Positions 22,643 to 35,270 of a DNA stretch of 64,000 nucleotides are shown here, one piece after another. Source of the stretch: Lepidodermella squamata (lineage: Eukaryota; Animalia; Gastrotricha); assembly GCA_047495785.1 (NCBI GenBank), contig JBLDXI010000034.1:1054001-1118000 (forward strand), written 5' to 3'. The notes under the pieces were generated by a model. The model saw only the letters and a list, made by a program, of their open reading frames with translations, searched no databases and was not told the DNA's origin. Position 1 is the stretch's first letter. Each line of letters begins with the position of its first letter. The translations under genes were made by a program, and so were the position numbers.

Positions 22643-25216
22643 CTAACTGAGCAATTTTTCGATTGCGCTGTACCCGTAAGCCGAGGCAATTTGCAGTGCA
22701 GTCATGCCAGATTCATTCTCAATTCCCTTATCGGCCATTTTCGACAGGAGTAAATTAACGATCCTGAGATTTCCTGATCTCACCGCAGCCATTAAGGGCG
22801 TATTGCCCCCCTCATCACGTGCATTCACATCCGCGCCATTTTCAGCTAGAGCCATAGTTAATAGGTAATTTTCGTTATTAACAGCATTCATTAACGGCGT
22901 GAGACCTGCTAAACCGATTGTGTTCGCATCAGCTCCCATTCCAATGAGGAATAAAGCGATTTCTGTCTTGTTCCAATAGGTCGCTCGGAAAAGGGCTGTG
23001 TTGTTGTTGTTATCCATCGCATCGATATTCGCGCTCCTATTCACGAGGAATCGAATCGTTTCCAACTGACCGTTATTCGCCGCGTAAAACAGCGGCGTAT
23101 CCCCGCTTTGATCTCTTGCCTCCAACTTCGCCCCAGCTGATAAAAGAACCCTCGCTAATTCGATGTGTCCAAACCAAGCTGCGTACATCAGCGGGGTTAT
23201 TGATTTCAAATCTTCCACGTCATCGACAGTTGCGTTTCTCTGAATGAGCCACCTTGCGATTTCAGCCCTAGATTCCGTGCTGTTTGGACACCTTGCAACA
23301 TGGTGAAGCAACGTTGCATTCAAGGCCGAGTAACATGTGCTATCAAGAGGTAAATTCCCAACGGAGATTTGGTTGGCATTAAGACCTTCTTTCGCGTTCA
23401 TTTCAATTGTCCCTATGAGTTGGCGAAAATTCTTCGAATCGCCGCGGCCGGCAGAGATTGCAAGTCGTTTGTACGCCTGGGAAATTCGTCCTTTTCGCAG
23501 GATTTCCACAATTTCCGGAAATTTTGCGTCGACTGCAAACCACTCTGCCGTAGCTCCAGATTTTCGCTCGACCGCGTCGATATCCGCCAAATTTTCAATC
23601 AAAATATTGACGATTTCTGTGTTCCGTCTTGCTACAGCGACCATTAGAGGGGTTAAGCCGTTTGAGTGCCTTAAATTAGGATCAGCCCCATTTTGTAACA
23701 GGGCAGTAGCTAAATCTTTAGTCCCGAGATACGCAGAGTTGATCAAAGCACTTTGGCCATCAATTTCCTGCTGGTTAACATTCGCGCCTCGTCTGATGAG
23801 CGTCATTGCTGATTCTGAGTAGCCTGAGAGGTAGGATGCTTTATTCAAAGCACTTTGCCCTAGTACATCGACGGTATTGATATCGGCGTTTTTGTCCAAC
23901 AGATGACCTGTGATCCAGGCGAAGTCGTGCCAGGCCGCGAACATGAGAGCTGTTTCGTTTTTGTAGTTCCTAGCATTAACGTCAGCTACGGATTCATTGC
24001 GGGATTCCGTCAGCTTAAATATCAGGTGGCGCAGACCAGTTCGTGCTGCGAACATAAGCGGCGTCATTCCATAGGCGTAATCTCGCAAGTTTACGTCCGC
24101 CTTTCTAGCCAGCATTAGTTCAGTAATATCTAAGCGGTCTTTTTCAATGTCGGAACATCGTGCGACGTGGTGTAGGCAGGTGCCTTTCTCGGCACGGTAG
24201 CACCCAGCTCGGGGAGGGTGGTCGTAGGTGACTGCCCAGTCTGGGTCGAATGAGTTATTGGTTTCGCGATCAATGTTTGCGATGATTTGACGCACCATGG
24301 CAATATCGCCTTTGGTACACGCCTCGCCAAGTTTATTGTGCCACTCAATTACAACATTGGAAAACTGTAGAAAAAAAGCGGAAAATTTACAAAAAATAAG
24401 AATTATTAAACCAACCGATGTAAAATTTCTCCTTCCAGCAGAATCAGCCAATTTTGCCTTGTGAACGGACGCCATTGGATTTGAGAAATTCGTCGAAATA
24501 TTAGACCGATCTCCCATTAGCTTAATCAGTCTCAGGGAAGCATTTGCAAGATCCTGTAGTGCTTCGATAGTTAAATTGCCTCTGACTGTTTGATTTTCAG
24601 GGCTGATTCTAAGGGCTCTTATCGACGTCATGCTGTAATATCTCGGCATTCTAGTCGCGTTTTTCCCGAGCCCAGATTTTATGGTCGAAGCTCTGTTAGT
24701 AACAGTTCTTTTCCATGGTTTAGTCGTAGTGGACGGCGTCACTTTCGTAACTTGCTTTTCGAGATAATTAACCAACTCGAAATGCCGAAATGTTGTCGCA
24801 AGCGTCTGAGCTGTAAACCCGAAAGCATCGTCGGTTGAGTTGACATGGATTCCTCGTTTCGTAAGCAGTTTAGCAATGTCAAGCCTCGAAGTACTGTTAT
24901 TCGGGCAGCGGGCTGTATGCACTAGGCAAGTCGCATTACCAACGGGGTGGCATGACTTTGGTGCTCGAGCGGTTCCTTTTCTGTTTGCGTCAAATGCTGG
25001 TGGCGCAGTTCGGTCGATTTTTAAAATCAGCGATCGAACCTGCTCGGCATCTCCGATTGCACATGCTTCAAAAAGAGCTGGGTAAAGCTCTTCTTCAGCC
25101 TGGGAAATATTAAAATTAATCGTGAAGAAATAGTTTTGGAAAAATCAGACTTGCGGTTTTACTAACGCGTGAGTAAATTTGAGTAAAACGAGAGAATAAA
25201 CAAAATTTAATAACAT
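22643..25216 (-). CDS. signal-peptide-bearing ankyrin-repeat protein, ~823 aa (exons 25216-25151, 25099-24416, 24364-22643)
   Basis: Exon 1 MLLNFVYSLVLLKFTHALVKPQ, two 51-bp introns, many G.TPLM.AA..G / GAD.N ankyrin repeats, numerous N-x-S/T sequons. Confidence 0.82.
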
Positions 25217-26497
25217 TTTACGAAAAACTGCAAAAAGATGCGGTTTCAATTGTCTCAAGTGTCGTGACGCGAAATGCTGGCTGTAAAACAAAGGCCTCAG
25301 ATGACAATAGCTTGTTCCTTTGTCTTCATTTTTTCAACTCTCACCTCGCATATGCGGGCATACCACCTCGTAAGTAGTGTAATAGAACGTGTAAGAATTG
25401 CTTGAATTTAGAGCCTTGCTGTTCACAAGCAAATGACTTTCGTCTGCGAGAATATTCATTGAAAAATTTGCCTTTTTGCATAGACAAGACCGACAAAAAG
25501 AGAACGGAGAGATTTGGCGTATTTTCTGATTTTTCCAGCTAACGGGAAATGGTGGTTTGACTTAAGGAGGGACGATTCTTCGATTCCTATATGTATTCAT
25601 TTAGTTCTTCTCGGGAATTTCAATTTTTTAACCGCAAATTTACAGCCCGCCCTAATATTTTACGCTGATTCAGAATACTAAATACTATCTAGTTAATCTT
25701 CCCGGAAGACTCTTCCGAAATTCCCAAGCTTTGAAGGCGCCCGAATCAAGGCAAATTTTAACATTTTTTAGACAACATAAAATAAAGATAAATGAGCGCG
25801 AAAATTGAATGAGGTGATTCATCTCGTTATTTTCAAAAAGTGACCTTTGACCCTAATTATTTCTGCAAACACTTTTCTCGTAAACCACCCAGCTGCGTCG
25901 TCCTAGCTTCGTCTCATGATTTTAATGGTTCGCACGACTGAATGTTTTACCGGGGAATCATAGCAATGATCCAGTGAACAATCAGTGTGCGCATTGGATT
26001 GGACTTGTAACGTGGTTCCACATTGGATCCACATTGGAGAGCTCAACGCTTAGCAGCCGCTGTATGACCTGGATTCATAAGTTTATTCATGCAAGAAACG
26101 TGTTTCCTAGATTGCTTAGAAAATCAGAAGCCCTTCGAAAGAAGACCTTTTACACCAACGGCTCAAATTCGAACAAGAGTTTGCACTTGATTGACCTGAA
26201 AAAAGTATCTGGAAAGTTTTTTGGTTCGGCGGAAAATACATGTAGAAGTTTTATGATGATCACGATATCACGATATATAAGTTTTATGATGATAATTGAA
26301 TTAATTATAGGTGATTGGCGTGCAGCAAAATCACGTTTTACAAGGGCGCCCCATATGTTCACAAAGCGAACAGTACGTGAATCACTGCGCATGTGCCATG
26401 TTGATATCTCGCCGAATCATCGATTCTTGTTTTATCAAGCTTGAGCTTCCTGATAGCATAGTTTAATTGCCATCATATTGCTCCGTTTCGTAGAAAA

Positions 26498-27110
26498 ATG
26501 GCCGATGTGAGATGTAATTACATAGGCCTGCCCTATAAAATAAAGTCTAAAATATTTCTTCTCATTCTTAACCGAGTCATTTTCATCATTAGTTCTTGGT
26601 GTGCAAACGGTATTTTCTGATCACTCTGATTGTGGAATTTTTCAATTCGAATTTTACTCATTCTTCAGCTGGCTGTCAGTGACTCGTTTTGGCAAGATTT
26701 TTGCAAGATTTTTAAGCCTGTGACATCAGGATAAGCACGAGATGATTGGTTTTTCGCGCGAAGAGATGAGTTTACTTGAAGCTGTACAAGAGATGAGTAC
26801 TCGTTTCGCGGAAGTCGCAAAAGTACGTACTAAACTATGCTGTTAGCTGATTCTCAATAAGTATTCCTGTCTTTCACAGGCACAATCGCTTGGCTTGAAA
26901 CTCGGAATATGCAGTTCAAAGTATTCAATAAACATGTTTTACGCGAGGCAAAGCAGCGGAAACGCACGTGTGCTTCCTGGTGACGGGATAGATCTCGATC
27001 AGGTTGGCTTCCTTTGCTCGGAATATCAACAGACTGAACTACTCCGACCTAAGCTGTGAAGCTCGTAATACTAAATTCTAAAATGATTCCTAGATGTCAA
27101 GTTCAAAATT
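26498..27110 (+). pseudogene. F-box gene pseudogene (paralog of 42917-43578)
   Basis: Same exon/intron layout as the intact copy, but a 1-bp deletion before the CKR codons and further indels or stops. Confidence 0.7.
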
Positions 27111-27236
27111 GAAACCGATTTTTCGCAAATTTTCCTATCTTTTCAATCAATTCAAGGCGAATATGGTTATCTCTTTACCTCATTGAGTGTATAGTCTAAC
27201 ACTGCTCATTAATTAGATCTTTTCCGTTCGTTTCAG

Positions 27237-28703
27237 ATAACAGATACAGAGTCTGCCATACAATTGGTCGTCGATCAAAATAGAAAACAATTAACCGCTT
27301 TACTAGAAAAGGGAACGGTAGAAGTAAACGGATTTCCCCTATTGCGACCTTTAATTGTCGCAGCTGGAGTTGGCGACAGTGAAATCTTGCTTCAACTGCT
27401 TCGTCATGGTGCCGATCCGAACTTGAGAGACATTGCGGAAAATTCACCATTAACATCGGCTATTGATGCCGGCCATTTAGATATGGTAAAGCTTTTGCTG
27501 GATAACGGTGCCTGGATTAACAACAAGTGGAAGCCTGCTCTTCATACAGCTGTTGCCAAAGGTAATATCGAAGCTATTGACCTACTCATACAGTACGGCG
27601 CCGACATCCATATCAGAAATGAGAACGGCGAGAATTCGGTCCACGTTTTTGCACTCCGTTTTGGTGCAAATTACATCCGCCCCTTTGACTACGGACGAAC
27701 TGATATGCAGGTGAATTATAAGAGTTTTTCAGCTTTCTTCCAAAATGCCGGTTATGATATCCTCAAAGCACTGAAAAAGCGAAATGTTGACTTTAATGCT
27801 GAATGTAAATACGGGTTTACACCTTTAATGATCGCCTGCAAACGATGTGATCTGGAAATTGCTAGCTTCTTGATTGAATTCGGAGCCGATGTAAATCATG
27901 TATCAAAGTCTGTAAAGAGGACGCCGATTCTAGCCGCGATAACTCATAAACCATTACTCAAGTTATTGTTTGAAAAAGGAGCTGGCCAAACTCTGGAGAC
28001 CCGCAATTCAGAAAATATGACACCGCTGATGGCTACAGCTTATCTGGGAACTGACGGCTTAGACAAGTTCGAAATTTTCAAAATTCTTATCGATCACGGG
28101 GCTGAAGTAAATGTGAAATTCGACAATGGCGATTCGTTGTTTTGCTATCTACTAACGCATATGTTGTTCAAAGAGGCTTCATTGATAGTCGATCGAACTT
28201 CAGACCCGAATGAAGTTCAAACTTCGACTGGAATGACTCTACTGATGTTAGCTGCAAAGTATGCGGTAGGCAATGTGAATTTGATCGAGTCTCTTCTCGA
28301 ACGAGGCGCTAAGATCAATGCGCAGAATACAATTAACGGCAAAACTGCACTCATTTACGCGTTGGAAGCAATAATTTCCGATAACAATGAAATACATGAA
28401 CTTTCATTTATTTTCAAACAATTTGGAGCAAAGGACCGAAGGATGCGCGAGAAAAAGTATCGTAAAATAATCTCAGCTCTACTGGTTCGTGGTGCTAATC
28501 GCCTGCTGCGAGACAAAAATGGGCTAAACGCTAACGACTATGGTTTGCGTACTCGATGGCCATTATTTAACTGCTGTTGTAGTCGCTTATTTACGGTATT
28601 TCCTGTAATAGCTTGCGGAAGGGGCATTGTAATTTCGAAGCTTTTAAGAAGGGGGCGTAATTTAGGAGTAATTCATTATACTAGATTAATAATGGGTGGC
28701 TGA
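27237..28703 (+). CDS. ankyrin-repeat protein (5' end unresolved; begins at acceptor TTTCAG 27236)
   Basis: Multiple ankyrin repeats (SPLTSAIDAGHLDMVKLLLDNGA, GFTPLMIACKR, GKTALIYA). No in-frame ATG upstream of the first repeat. Confidence 0.78.
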   Translation: MTDTESAIQLVVDQNRKQLTALLEKGTVEVNGFPLLRPLIVAAGVGDSEILLQLLRHGADPNLRDIAENSPLTSAIDAGHLDMVKLLLDNGAWINNKWKPALHTAVAKGNIEAIDLLIQYGADIHIRNENGENSVHVFALRFGANYIRPFDYGRTDMQVNYKSFSAFFQNAGYDILKALKKRNVDFNAECKYGFTPLMIACKRCDLEIASFLIEFGADVNHVSKSVKRTPILAAITHKPLLKLLFEKGAGQTLETRNSENMTPLMATAYLGTDGLDKFEIFKILIDHGAEVNVKFDNGDSLFCYLLTHMLFKEASLIVDRTSDPNEVQTSTGMTLLMLAAKYAVGNVNLIESLLERGAKINAQNTINGKTALIYALEAIISDNNEIHELSFIFKQFGAKDRRMREKKYRKIISALLVRGANRLLRDKNGLNANDYGLRTRWPLFNCCCSRLFTVFPVIACGRGIVISKLLRRGRNLGVIHYTRLIMGG

Positions 28704-28870
28704 GCGACCGTCGCAAGAAACTGAGTGAGTGTAGCAGAAACGTGAGTGAACATCGCAAGCATATCCAGTGTGTTGTAGCATAATCCCATGTAAAGTTTGC
28801 TACATTCACTCAACATTTGCGACGCTCACTCGGCTTTTTGCAGCGCTCACCATTTAACTCATTAATAATG
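28690..28870. mobile_element. palindromic MITE-like element
   Basis: Imperfect foldback GTGAGTG/CACTCA and GTAGCA/TGCTAC motifs. Confidence 0.4.
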
Positions 28871-29738
28871 TTATAAACAACAACAATCTCTCTATGCTTG
28901 TTATGACATTTCACAACTGTCACATTAATTATAATGAGATCAATAGACAAAAGACTTGAATACCGACCTAACATTGTAAGAAAGAGAGAGAGAGAGAGTT
29001 ACTTTCCATTTTGAAATTAATATCAGAATAAAAGAAGTAGTAATATCCTAACCCGCTGGGACTTTTGAACCCTCCCGAAGATCGTTGTCAGTTGTCAGTA
29101 GCGGGGAAAATCATCATTTAAACACCCGTCACGGGACATGACGTTAAAAAAACGAGCATGAGACTCTATTGTTTCAATGTTAGTTTTCAAGTGTTAAACT
29201 TGAGTAAAAACGAGAATAAGTTGCTCTTTTCTCTTCTCACAAAAAGCGCTAACTATTTTTATCAAAATTGAAAATGTCGATAGCGCTTGCCATTCTTCGA
29301 CAGCATCTTAACGTTCGGAGCGAATCTCATGCCATTATGGGCATTTCTAAACTTTAAATATATGTTTTCAAGTTATGTATGCCTGCAACTCTATGGGAAT
29401 TTTCGCTGCTTAAATTCTCTCACTCCGCTACCTATGCTCCTATTAAGCTAGCTATCACGTTTGGCAATTCATTGCTTCTGATTCAATTATTCACTACTCG
29501 TGATTGCGGAACTTTTATTACGTTTGAATTAAAACAATTAAGCGAAATTAATACTTGTTAACCATACTAACCACTTGTCTTTTGGCTTTGGAAAATTGAA
29601 AAATCACAGCATCACGAAAATTGATATTTCGGGAGATAACCAAATTGAATTTTGAGGAAGTACGGCCAATTCGTAGGGCTGTTTAGAATATGTCTCGCGA
29701 ATTACTGTCCAATGGTCACTTCATCTTCACCCCCTTGG

Positions 29739-29904
29739 CAGTGTGCGAAGTAGGATCCGGGAGCTGAGGTGGTGTTTTCTACCTGTTTTCTAGGACCCAG
29801 CCGAAGAAACCAAAGGGCCCCCCCCCTGTGGTTTTTTCAGCCTTCCTCTGGTTAGAGTCCTGGAGCTGGGGTGTCGCGATACCCCAGCACCCCTGTACTT
29901 CGCA
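29739..29904. mobile_element. hAT-type MITE, second copy
   Basis: Closely similar to 14664-14827, 8-bp TSD CCCCTTGG, right TIR clipped. Confidence 0.85.
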
Positions 29905-30305
29905 CCCCTTGGGAACCCGGTTTTTTCGGACTTTGATTTTTTTGATTGTTGAATGCGTGTGTATTAGATGCAGGCGAGGCGAATGATTTTACGTATAGAA
30001 ACTTCAGTCTCGGTGTCTGAAGCTTTCAAAGCCTATCCCCACGATTTCCAATCAATAAGAGGAAACTGAGCGGGGTTGATTAGACAGTTGAAAAGCTTCA
30101 AGAAACTCAAGGATGGCAATTATGTCAATCAGCGCATCATGCCTTAAACTGCGTGGAATGCCTGCGAGACATGTGCGAAAATGCGGAACGCCAGGATTCC
30201 TGCATTGTCTGCGCATCACAGCAAGTAAATCAATCAATTTTCAGCCTCAACCTTCTAGTTTAAAAGATGTTTTCACACTGATAAGCTAGGCTTACCCATG
30301 TCGCA

Positions 30306-31512
30306 ATGATTGATAACCACAGCAACTATTCGCTAGCCGTTATCGTCAACAGTGGATGGTTGTTAGCCAACTTAACCGAGCAAGGCTACGGTCGTGCTAA
30401 GGAGTATTTCGTTGGCTATAGCCACGATTTAACATCTATGAGCATGGCAGACCGATTAGGATTTCCAATTGTCTCCGGCTTATTGACATTGGCCCTGATA
30501 CCAACCTGCATCTTCAATTTGATCACCCTTGTCCGACGTGGGGTTAAACGGGATTTCCTAATGCTTGCCATATTTCTCCATATTCGAAGCATCCTATTCG
30601 CCATTGTCGCAACACTGCTCTTCACCGCTCCTGTTAGAACTGGAGGCTGGGACTGGCCTGAATGGACTTGTGGTACTTTCTTTGTCTTAGCGTGGGTCAC
30701 AGGAGTTTACGGAACCAACATAGAATCTCTTATATCATACGAGCGAAGGATATGTCTAACTTCAAAATCGATCAATTATCGAACAAATACGGTTAAGATT
30801 CTGGCCATAGCTCTGGCGCAACTCATTTCATGTACCTTGATGAGTCTCGCCTTTCTGATATGGCCATTCGGAACGATGAGGGTGAGAAAGTTTATTGTTG
30901 AGGGCTTCAACAACAATCAACCTGTTGCTCTCTGTTCGTGTTGGGATTTCAACTTCATCAACGATTTCGACACCTCATTTCTAATGATTCTCTACTACGC
31001 TTTGAACTACAATTTCGCTGTTTCATTTCTTGGTTACAACTATTGGATAGCATTTAAAAGCATTTCAAACCAAAATGATGTAGGAAGGAGTACTAATTTC
31101 ACTGGGTCATTGCAATCCTCATTGCCTTCGCGCAAAAACACTCTCTTCATGGAAAGACAGCGGCGAGAGATTTACCTGATGAAGTTGTCAGTTCTAATGT
31201 TCTTAGTTTTTGTAATTACCTTTCTGCCGGCTTTCTGGTCAACGTAAGCGACTGAACGTTTTTCATTTTTAAATTCAAATACTTCTTCATATTAGGCTTG
31301 CGGTTGCTACATGGCGGCTCGGTTCGTACCACATCGAAGTTGCATGGGTTCGGAAGTTTTCACTATGTTTTGTAATATTTGGCTCACTTGTATCGGCGAT
31401 TCTGCAATCCATATCGCCTGATTATCTCGAATCATGGTTTGATAGGTTTGGAAAATGGTGGACGCAAATTCGCGGCAAATCTTCTCGTGTAGATATTCTG
31501 CCTGATAAGTAG
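30306..31512 (+). CDS. orphan rhodopsin-like (class A) GPCR, copy A (exons 30306-31243, 31296-31512)
   Basis: Seven hydrophobic segments, W..PEWTC in ECL1/TM3, ISYERR (DRY-like), TM6 FVITFLP, 52-bp intron. Confidence 0.82.
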
Positions 31513-31658
31513 GCTTTGGATTTCAAGTTGGATTGGACTTGTCATATGCGGCTATGACATTCGAAAATTGTTTGACATAAAAAATGCTTACTCTTTTGCT
31601 ACAAGTAATATTAAAGGCCAGGTCAGCAGGGTGGAAGTCTAACAACCATCTTCAATAT

Positions 31659-32368
31659 TTGCACATTATCAGGCCCGCCTACGTTACGGCTCTGCGCGCG
31701 CCCCTATTGGCCGGCCATTTCGCGCACACTGTTACGCAACACACGCGCGCCGTAAGTGCGTGCGTGCACAACTGAATCAATTTTAACCCAAAAAAGTCGC
31801 GCATTTCGCATATATTCTATCAGATTTATAAAACATAATTTCAACCGAAAAAATCTTTATCTATCGATATAAAATGTGCATGGTAGGTACGAAAAATAAG
31901 CAAACGTGGCTAACTTTAGGACATATTTACAAGGCACGCTCACTCGCCCAAGTCGTGGCCACTGTTATTTATCGCTAATTTTACCGCGCGCGCAGTTGTC
32001 AAAGAGTAACTTGAACATTTTGTGGCGGTTTTTATGCCAAAATGAAGGGAATTTAATCCTCTATCGATTGAATATAGGGTTCTCGCTCGAAAAATTGAAA
32101 GGGAAAAAGTTTTACGTGCACTGAAAAATTAGGTCGGGTGACCTCACGCGAGCGCACCACCAAGTAAAAATTGTGCACGTCAAATGTTTAATTCCAAAAT
32201 TTCAATCGTAACAAATCTATATTCAATCGATAGAGAATTCAATTTACTTCAATTTGATGTAAAAGCCGACGTGAAATTCATAGATTGCCCTTTGATTTCA
32301 GTTCAAAATGAGCTGACCAATAGGAGCGCGCGCAGAGCCGTAACGTAGGCGGGCCTGAAAATGTGCTC
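31659..32368. mobile_element. MITE with ~50-bp TIRs (GAGCACATTTTC termini; possibly Sola2-like)
   Basis: CAGGCCCGCCTACGTTACGGCTCTGCGCGCGC inverted at both ends. Second copy at 59658-60205. Confidence 0.78.
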
Positions 32369-32572
32369 AATATTTACCCTAGACTTTGATAATTAAACTA
32401 CCTCTCAAAAAGGGCACCTCACCCCACAGGGAATCCAGGAAATACGATTTTTGGGGATGAATGGTATCTTCAACCCCAGTTCAACCCGAAAATACCGCCT
32501 AGTTCGAGGAATCTGCTCCGCTTACTGATTTGGACTTTTTTCTTGTCTGACCTAAAATATTGAATCTTGTTA

Positions 32573-32691
32573 TGTATAGATAGAGCCCTAGAGGAGGCCA
32601 GTTTCGAGGGAAAACTCGCATAATAAGACGAGGCGAATTGAAGGTGTGATTTTTTCGAGAAACTAGCCGTATCGTGGGCTCTATTTTACAT
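32573..32691. mobile_element. short MITE
   Basis: TATGTATAGATAGAGCCC...GGGCTCTATTTTACATA foldback. Confidence 0.5.
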
Positions 32692-35270
32692 AGTACTCGG
32701 GAGGAAGCTGTTACCCCATTCGTTTTGCGTGGGTTTTAACCCTAAAAAAATGCGGAAAGTCACATAGGAAGAGCGATTTCACAAAAATAAAAAATCCATC
32801 TTAAAACTAAAAAGCTCAAAGTTCGCAATCTGGTTATTCTGAACCGCTTTGCGCTTTGCTAAAAGCACATTTTTTCGGAGTTTCTCGGCCGTTTTCTGTG
32901 TCTGAAGCATAAACAAAATGAGCGAATGTTTGAGAATCATTCGCTTTTTAACTAATCTAAGCAGGGATGATTTACTCCCATATGCGCAACCTCCACATGC
33001 GCGACCCTTGACTATTATTTAATATTATTATTAGTGCGCGCGCGCTTGTTTCACGCAGTGTCACAGCAAATCAACAGGAGTATTGTGTCTGTGGTATGAT
33101 TACACTTTTATTTATTTATTTAAAAGCTATTAAACCCAAGAGAGGGAAGCTTGACTGATCACACTGATCACTGATCACACTGTCAATTCAGCGATGGTAA
33201 AAAAATTGTCATAATTTCCAGTTATTAAATAAATCATTATAGAAATGGCTCGGGTCTTCAAAAACCATGCAAAAACCCATGACATGAATCACCGTAAACT
33301 AGAGGCAGCTCCGAAAATTGAGCGCGGGTCTTAAAATCTTGATATATTTTATTGTCTCCCTGATGATGTGAAACAGCTACCGGGAGGGAGTGAGGATGAA
33401 CTACGGCAGTTGCCCTTGTCCATCTTTGTTAGTATAAACGTGGATTTCTTGGCGCGGTTTATAGGTCCCGCTATTGGCTTGAAATCTAAATATAACTAGT
33501 TCATAAAAAGTATCACTCGATGGGCTATATCGTCATTTTCAACGTCTATCATGAAACAGGGAGGTTAGCAACTGTCTTGCCATGCGGTGCATCACCAACC
33601 GCCGAACAAACTCAGCCTCTAGGCTCTAGACGTGGATTGCCGGGAATGCTTCTTGTTTGCCTTGAGTTAGTGTTGAGTTGTCAAACTTGCAATTGGAATG
33701 GGAGCTTAATCCCGATTTCGGTAATTAAGAGTCACTCAAGTGCCCGAGTAAACAAGATTGAGGAGGATTAATCCCCTTGAAAACGTCCTCGTCAAAGGCT
33801 CACTGCAGGTCGCGCGAGTGGATAAGGGATAAGGACTCGCTAGGATAAGGACAACTAGGGCAAATTATGTCCTACCTATTATATATGCTACTGTTTGGCT
33901 GTGTAGAGAACCAAAGCGGCTGTAGACCGGAAGCACTGTTCTTGTAAAAAGCTTGAAATATAACAGAAAGTTGCTACCTTAGGATGTGACGTAGGCCAAT
34001 TTTCTGTTTTTTCGACGCGCGCATCAGCCCTAAAATGTTACTGGCTATAACTGTTAGGTGAAGGCTGTTGTTCGGATATCGCGATGGTGGAGCTGATAAC
34101 GATTTAGTGCGAATGAAGTTGAGGGTATAGCCGAACAGCCCATAGCCGCATCCTTAGCGACCGGATGTAACGATGAACCAAAATTTCTTGCACCTCATTT
34201 CCGATTGCTGGTTACTCTAAACGAATCAGCCCTACTACGCCTTGAGAGTTGGGTCTTACCTAACCTATTATTGTTTACATTTTATTCTGCCTAATAGGTA
34301 GACGTTGGATTCATACAATAATTCATGCTAAATAAACAGTTCTAAATCTACCTACCAGGAATGAACTCGTGGCGCGAGAATTCTATATAAAGCCGCCATC
34401 TATAAAATTGATGATAACAGCCCTGAAAAATTACTTTTCACTGAAATTCCGCACGAAAAACTCGTTAATGCAAAAGAGTTTCAAAGTCCTTGAAGTGAAT
34501 GACAGCCTTTGCCGTCACATTGACCTAAAATGTGATTGAACCTAAAAACCGAGGTCACAAAAGACAATTTTGAACATATTTTCGACGCATCTGAGCGTGA
34601 ATTATTTGAACTGATTGAAGAATATAAAAAATGTATGATTTTACGAAAGAAAAAATATAATTTTAGATAACCTGAAAACCGCTTGAAAATAATTTACCCA
34701 CCGACTATGTCTTTTGGGGAAGTTTTGTAGTAGTGACCATTCTGAATGTGTCAATAACAATTGGCCAAATGCTTTATCTCTATATCCTTCTATATAGCCA
34801 GTAAAACGTCCAGGTCCAAAGAGTTGCTTTGCGTAAAATGTTCTCAAATTTGCATCTTTTCAGAATTTTACCACATTACAATGAACAAAGCGAGCATCAT
34901 TCGGATTAATTCATGCTAGAATATATCGGCAGACGCAAATCGATGATGTGATAGCTGTATGAAACGGGGGATTTCGATTTTGCCGATTTTTGGCGCCTTG
35001 AAATTTCATTCTTTTATCTTAAATCAGGGGGCGTTGTCACAAATGCCTCTGATTTTTGAAAATAAACCGCGATATAACACTAATCACGGACGGTTTATTG
35101 CTTTATTCCGAACAGGAACATTTAGTACGATGCAGGACTAGCGTGGATACACAATATCAATAACTGCCGAATCTTCTAAATATCGTTAATTAATTTTTTT
35201 AATGTCAGACAGTTGATGTTCTAGACTTGTTAATGTTAATGTTGCTGCATCGTGGTTTCATGAAGCGGCT

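Noticed and set aside
23337-25085. Plus-strand ORFs overlapping the ankyrin gene (and similar antisense ORFs over the channel, GPCR and KYNU genes)
   Set aside because: Shadow ORFs of real coding strands with no recognisable motifs.
25974-26444. 156-aa ORF
   Set aside because: Non-ATG start, no motif, and overlaps non-coding sequence duplicated near 42530 where the frame is not evidently preserved.
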